A program made the translations under genes and the position numbers. 64,000 bases of DNA from assembly GCA_965644265.1 (NCBI GenBank), contig OZ286467.1, positions 16,492,001-16,556,000 on the forward strand. Reading direction: 5' to 3'. The DNA is from Glycera tridactyla. Its lineage: Eukaryota. Positions within the stretch are counted from its first letter, which is position 1; every line of letters starts with the position of its first letter. Below are positions 9,064-19,519 of the stretch, in pieces. The notes under the pieces were generated by a model that did not search any database, was not told where the DNA came from, and saw nothing but the letters and a program-made list of their open reading frames with translations.

Positions 9064-12024
9064 ATGACCCGACCGAGAAAATTTAAATATGTATTCCCGA
9101 GCCAAATGCCACTGTCGAAACCAACCTATAGTAGTATGTGCCTGTCAAATATACCAGGAATAGTTATTGGTTCCATCAACATAAGAAGTATTAGCCGCAA
9201 GCATGAAGATCTTGCCATATTATTATACCAGAGTAGAATAGACATGATTGGAGTCTCCGAGACCTATTTGAATCATTCAATATCAAATGAAGAAATTGCC
9301 ATAGAGGGGTACAAGGCATATCGCCAGGATAGGACAGATAATAGTAACAAATGTGGAGGAGGCGGCATAATAGTTTATTACCAACAACAATATGACCTTG
9401 AATGTCTGCCGAACTTGTCCATGTGTACACCTGACATAGAAATTGTTACTACATGTTTGCGATTGAAAAGAGCAAGACCTGTCTATATATTTTATTTGTA
9501 CCGGCCGCCCGACGGATCCATTAGTAAATTTCTTGAATGTCTTGAGCAATGTATCACTAGCAATGTACTACCACCAGTTTGTGACATCATGATCCAGGGA
9601 GATGTTAATATTAATATACTGTGTCAAAATGGTGACATGACATGCCCATATTCATTATTCTTAGAATCACATGGCCTGACACATGTTATCAATGAGGCCA
9701 CTCGAATCACTAATACCACCAAAACATGTATTGATCATGTAATTGTATCCCGACCAGAGTACTATATGTATAGTGGAACAATAGACCCAGGTCTTAGCGA
9801 CCATAAATTAGTGTATGTATCCCGACACCGACCAAAACTATCCAAATCCATGAGAAATATTGAAGTTCGATCACAAAAAAACTTTAAGCCAGCGGCATTC
9901 CTTCAGGATCTTGGCATGCATGATTGGAATAATACTCTAGAAGATCGAGACTGCTCCTCAGCAGCAATTAGCTTCGGTAGATCATTCATAGACATCCCAG
10001 AGCAACATGCTCCCACGAAATCGATACCTGCCCGAGACTACCACCTACCATGGATCAATGAAGAATATAGAGATTTTCAAGAAATGTGCAGTAAATATAT
10101 CAAGCGCTATAATAAATATCCAACTAATTTGAACCTGTCAATGAAGAAGGATGCCCTTAGATGCAAAAACATTTTGAAACGGGCCTTGAAAAGGGATTAT
10201 ATTATGTCACGGCTTAACAGGAACAAGCATGATAGTAAAAAACTCTGGAGAGAAATTAAGAAATTGTGGCCCTTTAAAAACAAGGACCAAACTTTGCCAA
10301 AAGTGGATGGGCTAAACTTGGAGGGTAATGAGCTTGATGTGGCCGTCGCTGATGCAGTCAATTCACATTTAATTAATATCAGCAGAACCCTGGATGCAAG
10401 TATACCAAATCATGACGAAAGTTTACTTGTAAAAGATCCCGTAGGTATGTGCGATGAGAGTGAGAGATTTGAGTTGTCTTGTATTAATGAAAGTGATATG
10501 TTATGTTGTATAAAGAGGCTAAGTAATTCACCAGCGACTGGTACCGATGGGTTAAGTAGCCCATATATAAAACTTTCCAGTGCAAAGGTTGCTTACCCCC
10601 TTGCTCGTATTTGCAACCTATCAATTACCAGCAGTGAATTTCCAGATAGCTGGAAAGAAGCAGTAATCACTGTTCTGCATAAAGGGGGGCCAACCACAGA
10701 TCTTGGAAATTTTCGACCTATATCGGTCCTGCCGTCCCCAGGAAAACTTTTAGAACGGGTTGTACATGACCAATTGTATAAATATATTTCTGATAATAAT
10801 CTACTATGTCGAAGGCAGTTTGGGTTCAGGAAGGGGCACTCGACGGGAACCTGCCTAGTTGACTTTTTGGACAAGGTGTACCAAAGTGCAGACACTGGCC
10901 ACTTAAGCGGAGTCCTCTTCCTGGACCTAAAAAAGGCCTTTGACACGGTGAATCATCAAGTTTTATTGTCTATCCTAGCAGAAATTGGTCTTGGAAATAA
11001 TCTAGTTAATTGGATGAGATCGTACCTATCTGGTAGAATCCAATGTGTGAAGATAAATCAATCTAAGTCTAACTTCAGGGAAGTTCAATGTGGAGTGCCC
11101 CAGGGATCAATCCTGGGGCCACTTCTCTTTATTATCTATGTAAACAGTATCACTAGACATGTGCAACATGGTTCGGTTTATCTTTATGCCGATGATACGG
11201 CCATATGTGTGAGTGAAAAGGGTGTGGATGAGATTGAGAGAAAGCTGAACGAGGATTTATTTGTGATTTCAAACTGGTTCCAGAAGGTGAGACTGTCACT
11301 AAACCTGTCAAAAACAAAATGTATGTTACTTGGTACAAATCAAAAATTGCGAAATTCAAGGAAATTAGCTATTAACATCAATGGAACTGTCATTGAGAAT
11401 GTTACAAAATTCAAATATTTAGGCATATTTCTAGACCCGAGTCTGACCTTCAAGGACCACGTGAATTATATTGTAAGAAAGGTGGATGTACGAAGGCGGG
11501 CCCTATACCATATACGTTCTTCAATATCTAAGGACATGGCTCTGCATCTTTATAAAACACTCGTGCATCCACTTTTCTTATACGCTGACTATATATATGA
11601 TGCTTGTGGGAAAATCTCCAGTGATCGCCTGCAGACGGCCCAAAACCGCTGCCTAAGTGTTGTTTGTGAGCAAGGCTGGCACTATTCTGCCACAGGCTTA
11701 CATCAAGAGCTAAAAATCGATCACTTATCTGAAACCAGGAAGAAGAATTGTCTCCTGGAAGTTTTTAAGGGACTGAAAAACATAGGACCGCCTGCTATCA
11801 ATGATATGTTCAAACCCGAGACAATGAATCCATCAATAGTAACTAGAAGGGGCAGAATGATAAATGAGTCTATATTTATGAATATCCCAAGAACCAAACT
11901 ACATTTCAGCGATGGCAATATCCGGATCAGAGGGGCAAAGAGTTGGAACGGGCTCGGCGAATGTCTCCGTGGGCAGCAGACACTGGGGGCCTTCAGGGGC
12001 AGGCTGAAGACTGTTTCGCTATGA
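9064..12024 (+). CDS. LINE B ORF2: APE endonuclease + reverse transcriptase, intact (986 aa)
   Basis: APE motifs GSINIRS, GVSET, YRPP, GDVN, CIDHV, SDH; RT motifs FRPIS, QFGFR, FLDLKKAFDTV, GVPQGSILGPLLF, YADDT, KYLG; no stops or frameshifts. Confidence 0.95.
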   Translation: MTRPRKFKYVFPSQMPLSKPTYSSMCLSNIPGIVIGSINIRSISRKHEDLAILLYQSRIDMIGVSETYLNHSISNEEIAIEGYKAYRQDRTDNSNKCGGGGIIVYYQQQYDLECLPNLSMCTPDIEIVTTCLRLKRARPVYIFYLYRPPDGSISKFLECLEQCITSNVLPPVCDIMIQGDVNINILCQNGDMTCPYSLFLESHGLTHVINEATRITNTTKTCIDHVIVSRPEYYMYSGTIDPGLSDHKLVYVSRHRPKLSKSMRNIEVRSQKNFKPAAFLQDLGMHDWNNTLEDRDCSSAAISFGRSFIDIPEQHAPTKSIPARDYHLPWINEEYRDFQEMCSKYIKRYNKYPTNLNLSMKKDALRCKNILKRALKRDYIMSRLNRNKHDSKKLWREIKKLWPFKNKDQTLPKVDGLNLEGNELDVAVADAVNSHLINISRTLDASIPNHDESLLVKDPVGMCDESERFELSCINESDMLCCIKRLSNSPATGTDGLSSPYIKLSSAKVAYPLARICNLSITSSEFPDSWKEAVITVLHKGGPTTDLGNFRPISVLPSPGKLLERVVHDQLYKYISDNNLLCRRQFGFRKGHSTGTCLVDFLDKVYQSADTGHLSGVLFLDLKKAFDTVNHQVLLSILAEIGLGNNLVNWMRSYLSGRIQCVKINQSKSNFREVQCGVPQGSILGPLLFIIYVNSITRHVQHGSVYLYADDTAICVSEKGVDEIERKLNEDLFVISNWFQKVRLSLNLSKTKCMLLGTNQKLRNSRKLAININGTVIENVTKFKYLGIFLDPSLTFKDHVNYIVRKVDVRRRALYHIRSSISKDMALHLYKTLVHPLFLYADYIYDACGKISSDRLQTAQNRCLSVVCEQGWHYSATGLHQELKIDHLSETRKKNCLLEVFKGLKNIGPPAINDMFKPETMNPSIVTRRGRMINESIFMNIPRTKLHFSDGNIRIRGAKSWNGLGECLRGQQTLGAFRGRLKTVSL

Positions 12025-12652
12025 GACAGCCACCTCTGGCCTGGCACTGGGGCCACTGGCTGCTGCATGCTGGGATGTGGCTGGGACGGTTGCAACACAA
12101 GCCCTTCTGTTGCCCGGTAACTATAAGGTATCTAGTAAATTGATATATTTTCTCACTAATAGTCCAAAATAAGCACATTGAATTGAAATAACATGGAGTT
12201 GACAGGGACACTGGCATGGCCCCTTTGGGCAGCATAGGCCTTGGATAGGCGGGGTGGGGCTGGAGACTGTCCCACTATGGGACAGCCACCTCTAGCCTGG
12301 ACCCTGGTGTCCTGGGCCGCTGCCCACAGGGGCACTGCTAGGACCGTCTCAGCTCAGGCTAGAGGCAAATAAAACCACCGACTGTTGAACACTGATGTTT
12401 ACTGGATGATGGATCTGGCTGAGGTAAAATAGATTGGATATATGAATATAAGGCTTATTTGGGTACCCTACAATACACCTATTCGATAGTACCTGAGGGA
12501 TGTAGGGGATGTGAAAGTAAATCTCTTTTCTTCCTATTATTTTTCTATCTTGTGGCCTTACCTCGACAATTTCCTGAAACAATTGACATTATCACTATGT
12601 TTGTGTCTTTTTTTGTTATTATATATGGGCATTGTGTACCGAGTCAGCAGAA

Positions 12653-12730
12653 GCATGTAATACGACACCACGGTGTCTCTTTGTAACTTTTGCTTAATAA
12701 AATGTTTTACAAGTTTACAAGTTTACAAGT
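12653..12730 (+). terminator. LINE B 3' terminus: conserved stem-loop, poly(A) signal, tandem tail
   Basis: GCATGTAATAC-GACAC-CACG-GTGTC (12653-12677), AATAAA 12696-12701, (TTTACAAG)x3. Confidence 0.8.
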
Positions 12731-13583
12731 CTGCAATTCGTTTGCCATTGATTGGAATCTCTCTATAAGATAGTGGACGTGATCGCATATATAACTTCCT
12801 TGCGATTCCCATCCAGAAGTTCCTTTCGTTCCATGTTCTTTACACTTGCCATCGTATGTGTGTCTGATATTTTGCAAGCTTCTTTCAGCTTCCTCTAGTG
12901 TTACGTTCCAATTTCCTTTAATTGCTTCATCAGGCGTTATCCTAGGATCATAGGGATTTGTAATGTTTTCTAATTTTGCTAGGGCTGTCCCAGCCTCCCA
13001 TAAGCCTCTTAGGATGATATTATCCTGCCTTGGATTGTCCTCAACATACAAGGCTCCTTGTAAGGTGCCAATAGCTGCCTTGAGAGACATGATGGATCTT
13101 CCCATTTTATTTTCTTCATAGTCGTTGACCTAGCTGTCCTTATTCTTGCGTTTGCTCCATAGTCCTACCTAGCATTTGTCATCATCTCGTGCAAGAGATC
13201 CATTGAAATCGCTGTCCTGGTAGCCTTGATTTCATTCATTTTTCCCTTCAATTACTGACATGTTTCATTATTTGTGTCTTCCTCAATGTCTTCACCCGTG
13301 CATTGGTGCCACTGAGGACATTCACCATCTTGATTTGTTGCACATTGGGTTTCATTGTTCACCTCCGTGAACATGTTTGGTATGTTCAATATGAACATGA
13401 GGTTGAATGTTGCAGTCGTAGGGACATTGTCATCCTCAATAGGTGAAAGTGGGCTCCATAATTTAATCGTTCGACTGGATTCATGCTAGTTGAATCCAGA
13501 AAATCCATTTTTCTTTCTTCATCCGTCATTTGTTGTGGGTCTCCCATGACTCCACACCATAGGAGAACAATAAACAGTATCAT
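12731..13583 (-). pseudogene. env-like ORF remnant of the Gypsy element
   Basis: Signal-peptide-like MILFIVLLWCGVMG from ATG 13583, then NPVERLNYGAHF. After a frameshift: PIEDDNVPTTATFNLMFILNIP, a Cys-rich stretch with two NET sequons, and RIRTAR (R-x-x-R). Position after pol fits env; truncated by LINE B. Confidence 0.5.
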
Positions 13584-14742
13584 CAAATGGCAGTCCTCTC
13601 CAATGATCCATCTTTTAATCCATTTCGGTCTATACACCACTGCAACAAACAAAAAGAGGGAGGGACCCATAAATTCTTGTGCCTAGGCCTATTCCAATGA
13701 CAAAATAATAGACTTATAATTGTCGAGGGCTCTACTAACTGTCTTCACTTAGCCTCTGGCATTGTTACACAACAGGGATAATCGTAATTCCACCTTCAGA
13801 AATATACGATTGTCTAAAATATGCTCGGATCCGGTTCAATGTCAAATCGGCCTTATGCGGCACCCCTATGGGTTCCCTATTATCCTTATTCTTTGTCGCT
13901 TCATTTTTTTTTTGTATGATCATTGCATCTACTGCCTCTTTCTTGTAACCATCCCGGTTGACCAATACATCTTGCGCGTTCGTGTTCCTTCTTGTACGTG
14001 AATCCACATCTCGATTTGTATACATCCATGGTAGGGCTCAGTCAATTCTCTAAGCCCCAGAAGGTGGGATCGAGCCCATCCTTTGCTAATATGGGGGGAG
14101 GTATGGGATTACCTCCCTCCCTTCTGCCCGCCCTTGAATTCCCAAGGGGTCTTCAGGGGCCCCCTCTCCATTTGCCTTTCCTCTCTGATTCCTCCAGTTT
14201 CTCAGGGGCTATATCTCAGCATTTTACCATGACTTCCCAAAGCAAAGTCTGCTCCTGTATCAGCCAATTTTGCTCCAACGGGATTGTTAGTGTGCACTAT
14301 GATGAGGAGCCCCGGGAGCTGCGCCTGTGTAGTGGCAGAGTGTCCACTAACTATGATGACCACATTTCGAATGAAGTCAAATCCTTCATCCGTACCAGGG
14401 AAATAGTCTGGTACTACTTTGACCAGGAGCATTGCTGATCCTCTTTAATTATCAGGTTCAATGGCGGCATTGTTCTGAACAATGCCAATGCCAGCTCCCA
14501 ACGTCCAAGGCCCAGGCCTAGGAGACCTTCATCCTCTTCTGATGAACCTGAACCTGATACTAGTGCATTTCGACCTCCCCCAGTCTTGAGCCGAGACCCC
14601 AGAGGGGTTCCTGTACATATTCTTCAGAATTGCCTTCACTTATCTGCTCCTCCCTGCAGAAGGGTGGAACTTGCTGAAAGTGAGGCCTGGCTCGAGGCCC
14701 GAAATCAGCAAAATTTGGAGGTAAGTGGTATTTTATCGTCAT

Positions 14743-14982
14743 TTATCGTGCTTCTAGTTGTCTTAACATGTTCCTCTTCTGTATACGATTATCGTAGTCT
14801 CATATGAGTTCTTGTGGAACGACATGATCTTTCAACCATGTAGGCTTCTCATCCCGCCACTCGCACATGTATGAAATTTTTCCTGCCTTCGATGAGGACG
14901 TTATGACTTTCACTAGTTTCGTCATGTCCAAGGCGTTCGCCTTCCTATTTGTTGTTCGTTTGAAGCTGATTTCTGGATCCAA
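14743..14982 (-). pseudogene. Chromodomain-like C-terminal segment of the Gypsy integrase
   Basis: LVKVITSSSKAGKISYMCEWRDEKPTWLKDHVVPQELI*DYD fits the chromo pattern (K-I...G...Y-x-x-x-W......TW......P..LI..Y); internal TGA at 14800-14802; out of frame with IN. Confidence 0.45.
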
Positions 14983-15032
14983 ATCAGTTGTATCTGTCTT
15001 TGACTTACTGCCAATAGTGATATATTTTCTAT

Positions 15033-16432
15033 TTACGTATGTGTGGTTTGTTTTCGTCGTCTTCTTACAGGCGGTATACCTGGTAGTGTAGAAGCCTCAG
15101 ATTCCGAACTCTTATATCTTCCTCTTCTTCTGTCTTCTGCAGTCTCCTCTTTCTCCGCTCTTGTTTCATCTTTTCTGGATGTCTGTTCTTTTTCAACGCT
15201 TTGTCTGTCCTTTCTGACCCTGTCTGCTTCCCTTAAAGCAGAGTCCCTGTCAGGTGTAAATTTCTTCAACCTGCTTTCTGGTATCAAATGCTTCAGGTTG
15301 TGATTAATAATTTGCAGTAGATGAAATCCTGGTTTCAGTGTAGACACTATTATAAATGGTCCTTCGTATCTCTGACTGACTTTGTGTTGAGAGGGAATTT
15401 TTGGTGTTACTATTTTGGCCCAAACCATGTCCCCTGGCTTAAAACCTTTGTAGGTAACCCTGTTGGCTGTGTCATGACGCATTTTCATGTTCTCCGCATT
15501 TTTCCTAGCATTTCTGGCTGCTGTATGTCTAATAGCCATCAAGTCCGGCCATATTGAGGGAAACACTTCTTGTGGTGGAACATCTCGTATTATTGGTGGT
15601 TCCACTGCAATGTCTCCAGACAGGGTTGGTTCTAAACCATACACGATTTCGTAGGGTGCAAACCCATGAGATTTAATTGAAATGTCATGAGAACACCTAA
15701 CATGGGGTAGAAATTCCACCCATGATTTTTCCGGGAATTCCATCATACATGCTCTTAATGAGCATAAGATACTCGGATGCAACCTCTCTACTGTTGCATT
15801 TGCTTGAGGGTGCCAAGAGGTAATATACTGCAGTTTTATACTGAATTGATCAGCCAAGAATTGAAATGTTTTGGACGTGTGTGCAGTTGCCCTGTCCAGT
15901 ACGACCACCTTCGGAGGTCTAAATCGCTGGATCCACATCTTCATAAAATATCTTGACAAAGTCTCAGCTTTTCCATTAGGAATGGGTCCCACCCCGAAAT
16001 ATTTTGAGAACCTATCGACGATAACGAGCACCTTCAGTTCCTTATCTTGTGTTGGTGCAGTAAACAGTTGGTGTAGTAAACTGTTGAACCCTCTATGCGA
16101 TCCATGTGTCCCATGGTGGATTAAAGCTGCTATTGATACCTTCTTCCGTCTGGTAGATATATTTGATGAAAGGTTTTATTGCTAGCTTTGTCATGAAACT
16201 TCCGGCACAGTATTCCCGAACTGATTAATAAATAATTATCTTCCTCTGCCATAATTTTTCTAGCATGGATTAGAGACTCTGGCAGAGATTTATTCAATTT
16301 ATATTGATTTAAGAATGCTGAGTCTCTGTCATTAGCTTGTTCTAATGCCAGCCTCCTTTCGTCTGTCATGTAATCACTGTATAACTTAATGCCAGCAGTC
16401 TTGTCCAACTGCAGGGCTTCTCCATGTAGCAT
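15033..16432 (-). pseudogene. pol: Gypsy integrase, partly deleted
   Basis: HHGTHGSHRG (HH half of the HHCC finger) runs directly into LFTAP..VLVIVDRFSKY, so the CC half and the first catalytic Asp are deleted. VVLDRAT (D), NATVERL (E) and the GPY/F motif RYEGPF remain. Confidence 0.88.
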
Positions 16433-16527
16433 GTCATCTGAATCCTCAGGCCTTGTTGTTTTTCTCCATTTGTTTTTGCTTGTGATGAGTCGCTTTTGCT
16501 GTAGTCTATATTCTCAATATCAGCCTC

Positions 16528-18396
16528 TCACATAATGTCCGCATCCACGATTTCTTCACCGCTGGTATCCGATGTTTCCGCTCGAAGGCAAGTGTCCTGG
16601 TGAATGCTGGTTTTGGCGGGAAAGGTGGGCGTGGCAGTTTTCTCTCTTAACCCATGCTGTTTATCCGTCTTGTCGAACATATCAAATCGGGGTTCCCTAG
16701 CCTCGTATTTAGACGAATCTTTTGCAGCGTTGGTTTCATATTGTTTGGTTCTGATACCCAAAAGACATTCCTTTCGTTGTGTGAGAGTTTCCAAGAATTC
16801 TTCTGTGTTGATAAGACAGTGCTTATCATCCTCCTCATCCATAGATAACATAGGTTGTTCTAGATATGTTATTCTAGATAAGGTATCAGCCACTACATTT
16901 TCCTTTCCTGGTTTGTGCAGTACACGTATATTAGATTTATTTAGAAACATCTTGTAGCAAAAGAGCCTGCCTGTTCTTGTTGCCAGGTTATGCAGATACA
17001 CGTTCGTTAAATTATCAGAAAACACCTTGATGCCTGTCTGTGAACCTAGCATTAATTTGCACTGTTTCAATGTTTCTACTGAGGCCAAGGCTTCCTTTTC
17101 ATTCGAATGATAGTTAGCTTGTGAGGAATTCAACATTTTTGACATAAATGCTACAGGTCTAACTACATTTTCTTCATCTTCCTGTGAAATCACTGCTCCT
17201 ACTGCTCTACCACTGGCATCCAAACATACTGTGAAGGGTTTCTTGGGATCAGGGAAATATAATACTGCATTTTGTAAGAGAGACGTCTTTATATTACCTA
17301 GTGCTTGTTGGCATTCCTCTGTCCATTTGAACTCATGGTCCTTCTGCAAGAGCTTATTTATTGGTGCTGCTATGGCCGCATAGCCTTTGACGAATCTACG
17401 ATAAAAGTTCAATGTGCCCATCAATTGTGTGACCTCTTTCACGTTGTAAGGAGCTGGAAGTTTTATAAGCGCTCCTAATTTGTTGGGATCAGCTGTCACT
17501 CCATCTTTATTGAAAACATAACCCAGATATTTGACTTCTGATTTCATGAACATGGCTCTTGAGGGGGATATTCTCAATCCCACCTGCCTGAGCCTCCATA
17601 ATAGTTGTGTCATAACTTACAAATGTTTCTCGTATGTAGGAGTTGTTACAATAATATCGTCCATATATTATGTGACGTATTTCGAGTCTAGCGTGGCTAG
17701 ACACCTCAAAATGATACTTGAGAAAATTTCAGGGCTCGAATTTAAGCCCATGGGCGTTTTTGTGAATGAATACTTAGCGTTGCTAGTATTTGTAGTACAA
17801 AGATCTATGCTATCTGGCGCTAATTGAACTGCATAAAATGCTGAAGCTAAATCAACCACTGAGAACACCTTGCTTTTCCCTGCGGCCAAAGTGGCTATAA
17901 TGTCATTAATCGTAGGTATAGGAGACTTCGAGGGTACTATCATTCTATTCAAATTAGAAAAATCAACCACCAATCTGGGCTTAATTGGTTGACCCTCATC
18001 ATCATATTTATATACCACGAATGTAAGAACTCCCCACATAGAGTGTGAGGGCTTTAACACCCCTGCGTCTACCAATTTTTGAATCTGCTCATTCAAATCC
18101 TTTTCTTGTGGTGGTATTTCGTAAGCCCTCTGATTCACTACTGTTGCTTCTGGTTTCAATTCTATTCTGTGATAGACGTCTTGTATTATTGCTAGCTCAT
18201 TTAGGTCGACTGCAAATGCTTCTCGGTTACTATCTAGAATGGACAATAATTCCTTTCTATATACATTAGCTTCTGGTTCTAACGATAATATATCGTCCCA
18301 AACGATAGGTTTGAAGGTTAGAATTCTGGTTTGATTTGAAATGTCGACCTCTGTTTGCGTTGATACCACTCTACTATTACCATATTCTCCTTCCAC
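16528..18396 (-). pseudogene. pol: Gypsy reverse transcriptase + RNase H, disrupted
   Basis: PRLVVDFSNLN, VDLASAFY, PMGL, then TAA immediately before YMDD (about 17660), frameshift, KYLG; RNase H CLDASG..VAFMSK..EKEALA..FSDN. Confidence 0.92.
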
Positions 18397-19519
18397 AACG
18401 AAAAGTGTGGAGTATTCTTGATGCAGCCAGAGTACCTGTAATGAGTTTATTTTGTTTGCCGCTACATGGAAGTGGCGCTGCTGATCTCGCTAATGCAGAT
18501 CGTTCGCCTATGTATACAGAATCTGGCATCTCTCTCTCATTAGGAATAGGCTTGTTCATACTGATTTGCGCAATCGTAATCGGCGCATCTGTCATTATAC
18601 AAACATTCTTCGATGTCTGGTTGGCTATCGTTACCAAGAATGTGTTATCATGGCGTCTGAATGCAATTCCTGGCACCGTTGATAGTTGTGGGCTGTATCT
18701 AACTATCTCATTTGAGATATCCGGAGAATGTGGTTCCTTAAGAAAATGTGGCGCGACTGAATCTTTGATATCTGCATTACTATCTATATAACAGGGGACC
18801 ATTGTTGTCTCCATAGGTCCCACTATAGTGAATTTTGAAGCTTTTAAGGTGTATAAACATTCCCCCATGGTCGTCATCATTACACTGGTAAGACCACCTT
18901 CCAAATGCAACCGGCTTTCAGAATAGTCTATTTTTACTGAAGTTTGTTGGAGAAAAGGTACTCCTAGGATGACTGGTAAGAGTATGGCTTCCACTACGAG
19001 GAATCTGACTACTATTTCTTTACTATTGATCGTTATAGGTTTTTTTATCGAGCCTAATACATTCATCTTTTGTGCTTGCGCATCGTATAATTCTACTCGA
19101 TCCTTCCTATCTATTTCTCCTCTTACGTCCACCTGCTTTAATACGTCCTCTGTAATCAAGTTTGTGGTGGCGCCTGTATCTATCATTGCTGCTATTTGTG
19201 TATGTTTAATATATATTTTAATGGAATTCAAGGTACCTAACGTTTGGCGTATTCTATTCTGACCACCTGTTGATAACGTTAGGGATGAATTAACTCTCTC
19301 TGCTTCTACTGTCTTTTTATCATCCGACACTTCTCTAACCACAGATACTGATGTACTACTGCATCCAATACTAGTACTACAATTAACGTTCTGATTACAA
19401 AATTCTATCACATACCTCATCAAATTACAATGATCAGGGTTTTTATGATTGCATAAAGCCCCTAGCGGGCGATCAACCCTGTTGAATGCACTCATGACCC
19501 TATCATCGACATGCCTCAC
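18377..19519 (-). pseudogene. pol: Gypsy aspartic protease and linker
   Basis: AMIDTGATTN catalytic motif, followed by ILGVPFL. Confidence 0.88.

Larger units (their letters stand above)
3071..12730 (+). mobile_element. LINE B: apparently full-length (about 9.7 kb) CR1/L2-group non-LTR retrotransposon with three ORFs
   Basis: Starts immediately after the LINE A tail with a pyrimidine-rich leader. ORF1 3339-6092, SGNH ORF to 7547, spacer, ORF2 9064-12024, 3' UTR, AATAAA 12696-12701, (TTTACAAG)x3 tail 12706-12729. The exact 5' end is inferred. Confidence 0.85.

Noticed and set aside
12025-12120. HDV-like ribozyme (CAGCCACCTCTGGC..CTGGGG resembles HDV P3/L3)
   Set aside because: No complementary 5' P1 strand upstream and no J4/2 C followed by a P2 partner could be found; location is a 3' UTR rather than the usual 5' end.
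3060-12745. Target-site duplications for LINE B (and C)
   Set aside because: No matching flanking direct repeat is visible; junctions show at most microhomology.
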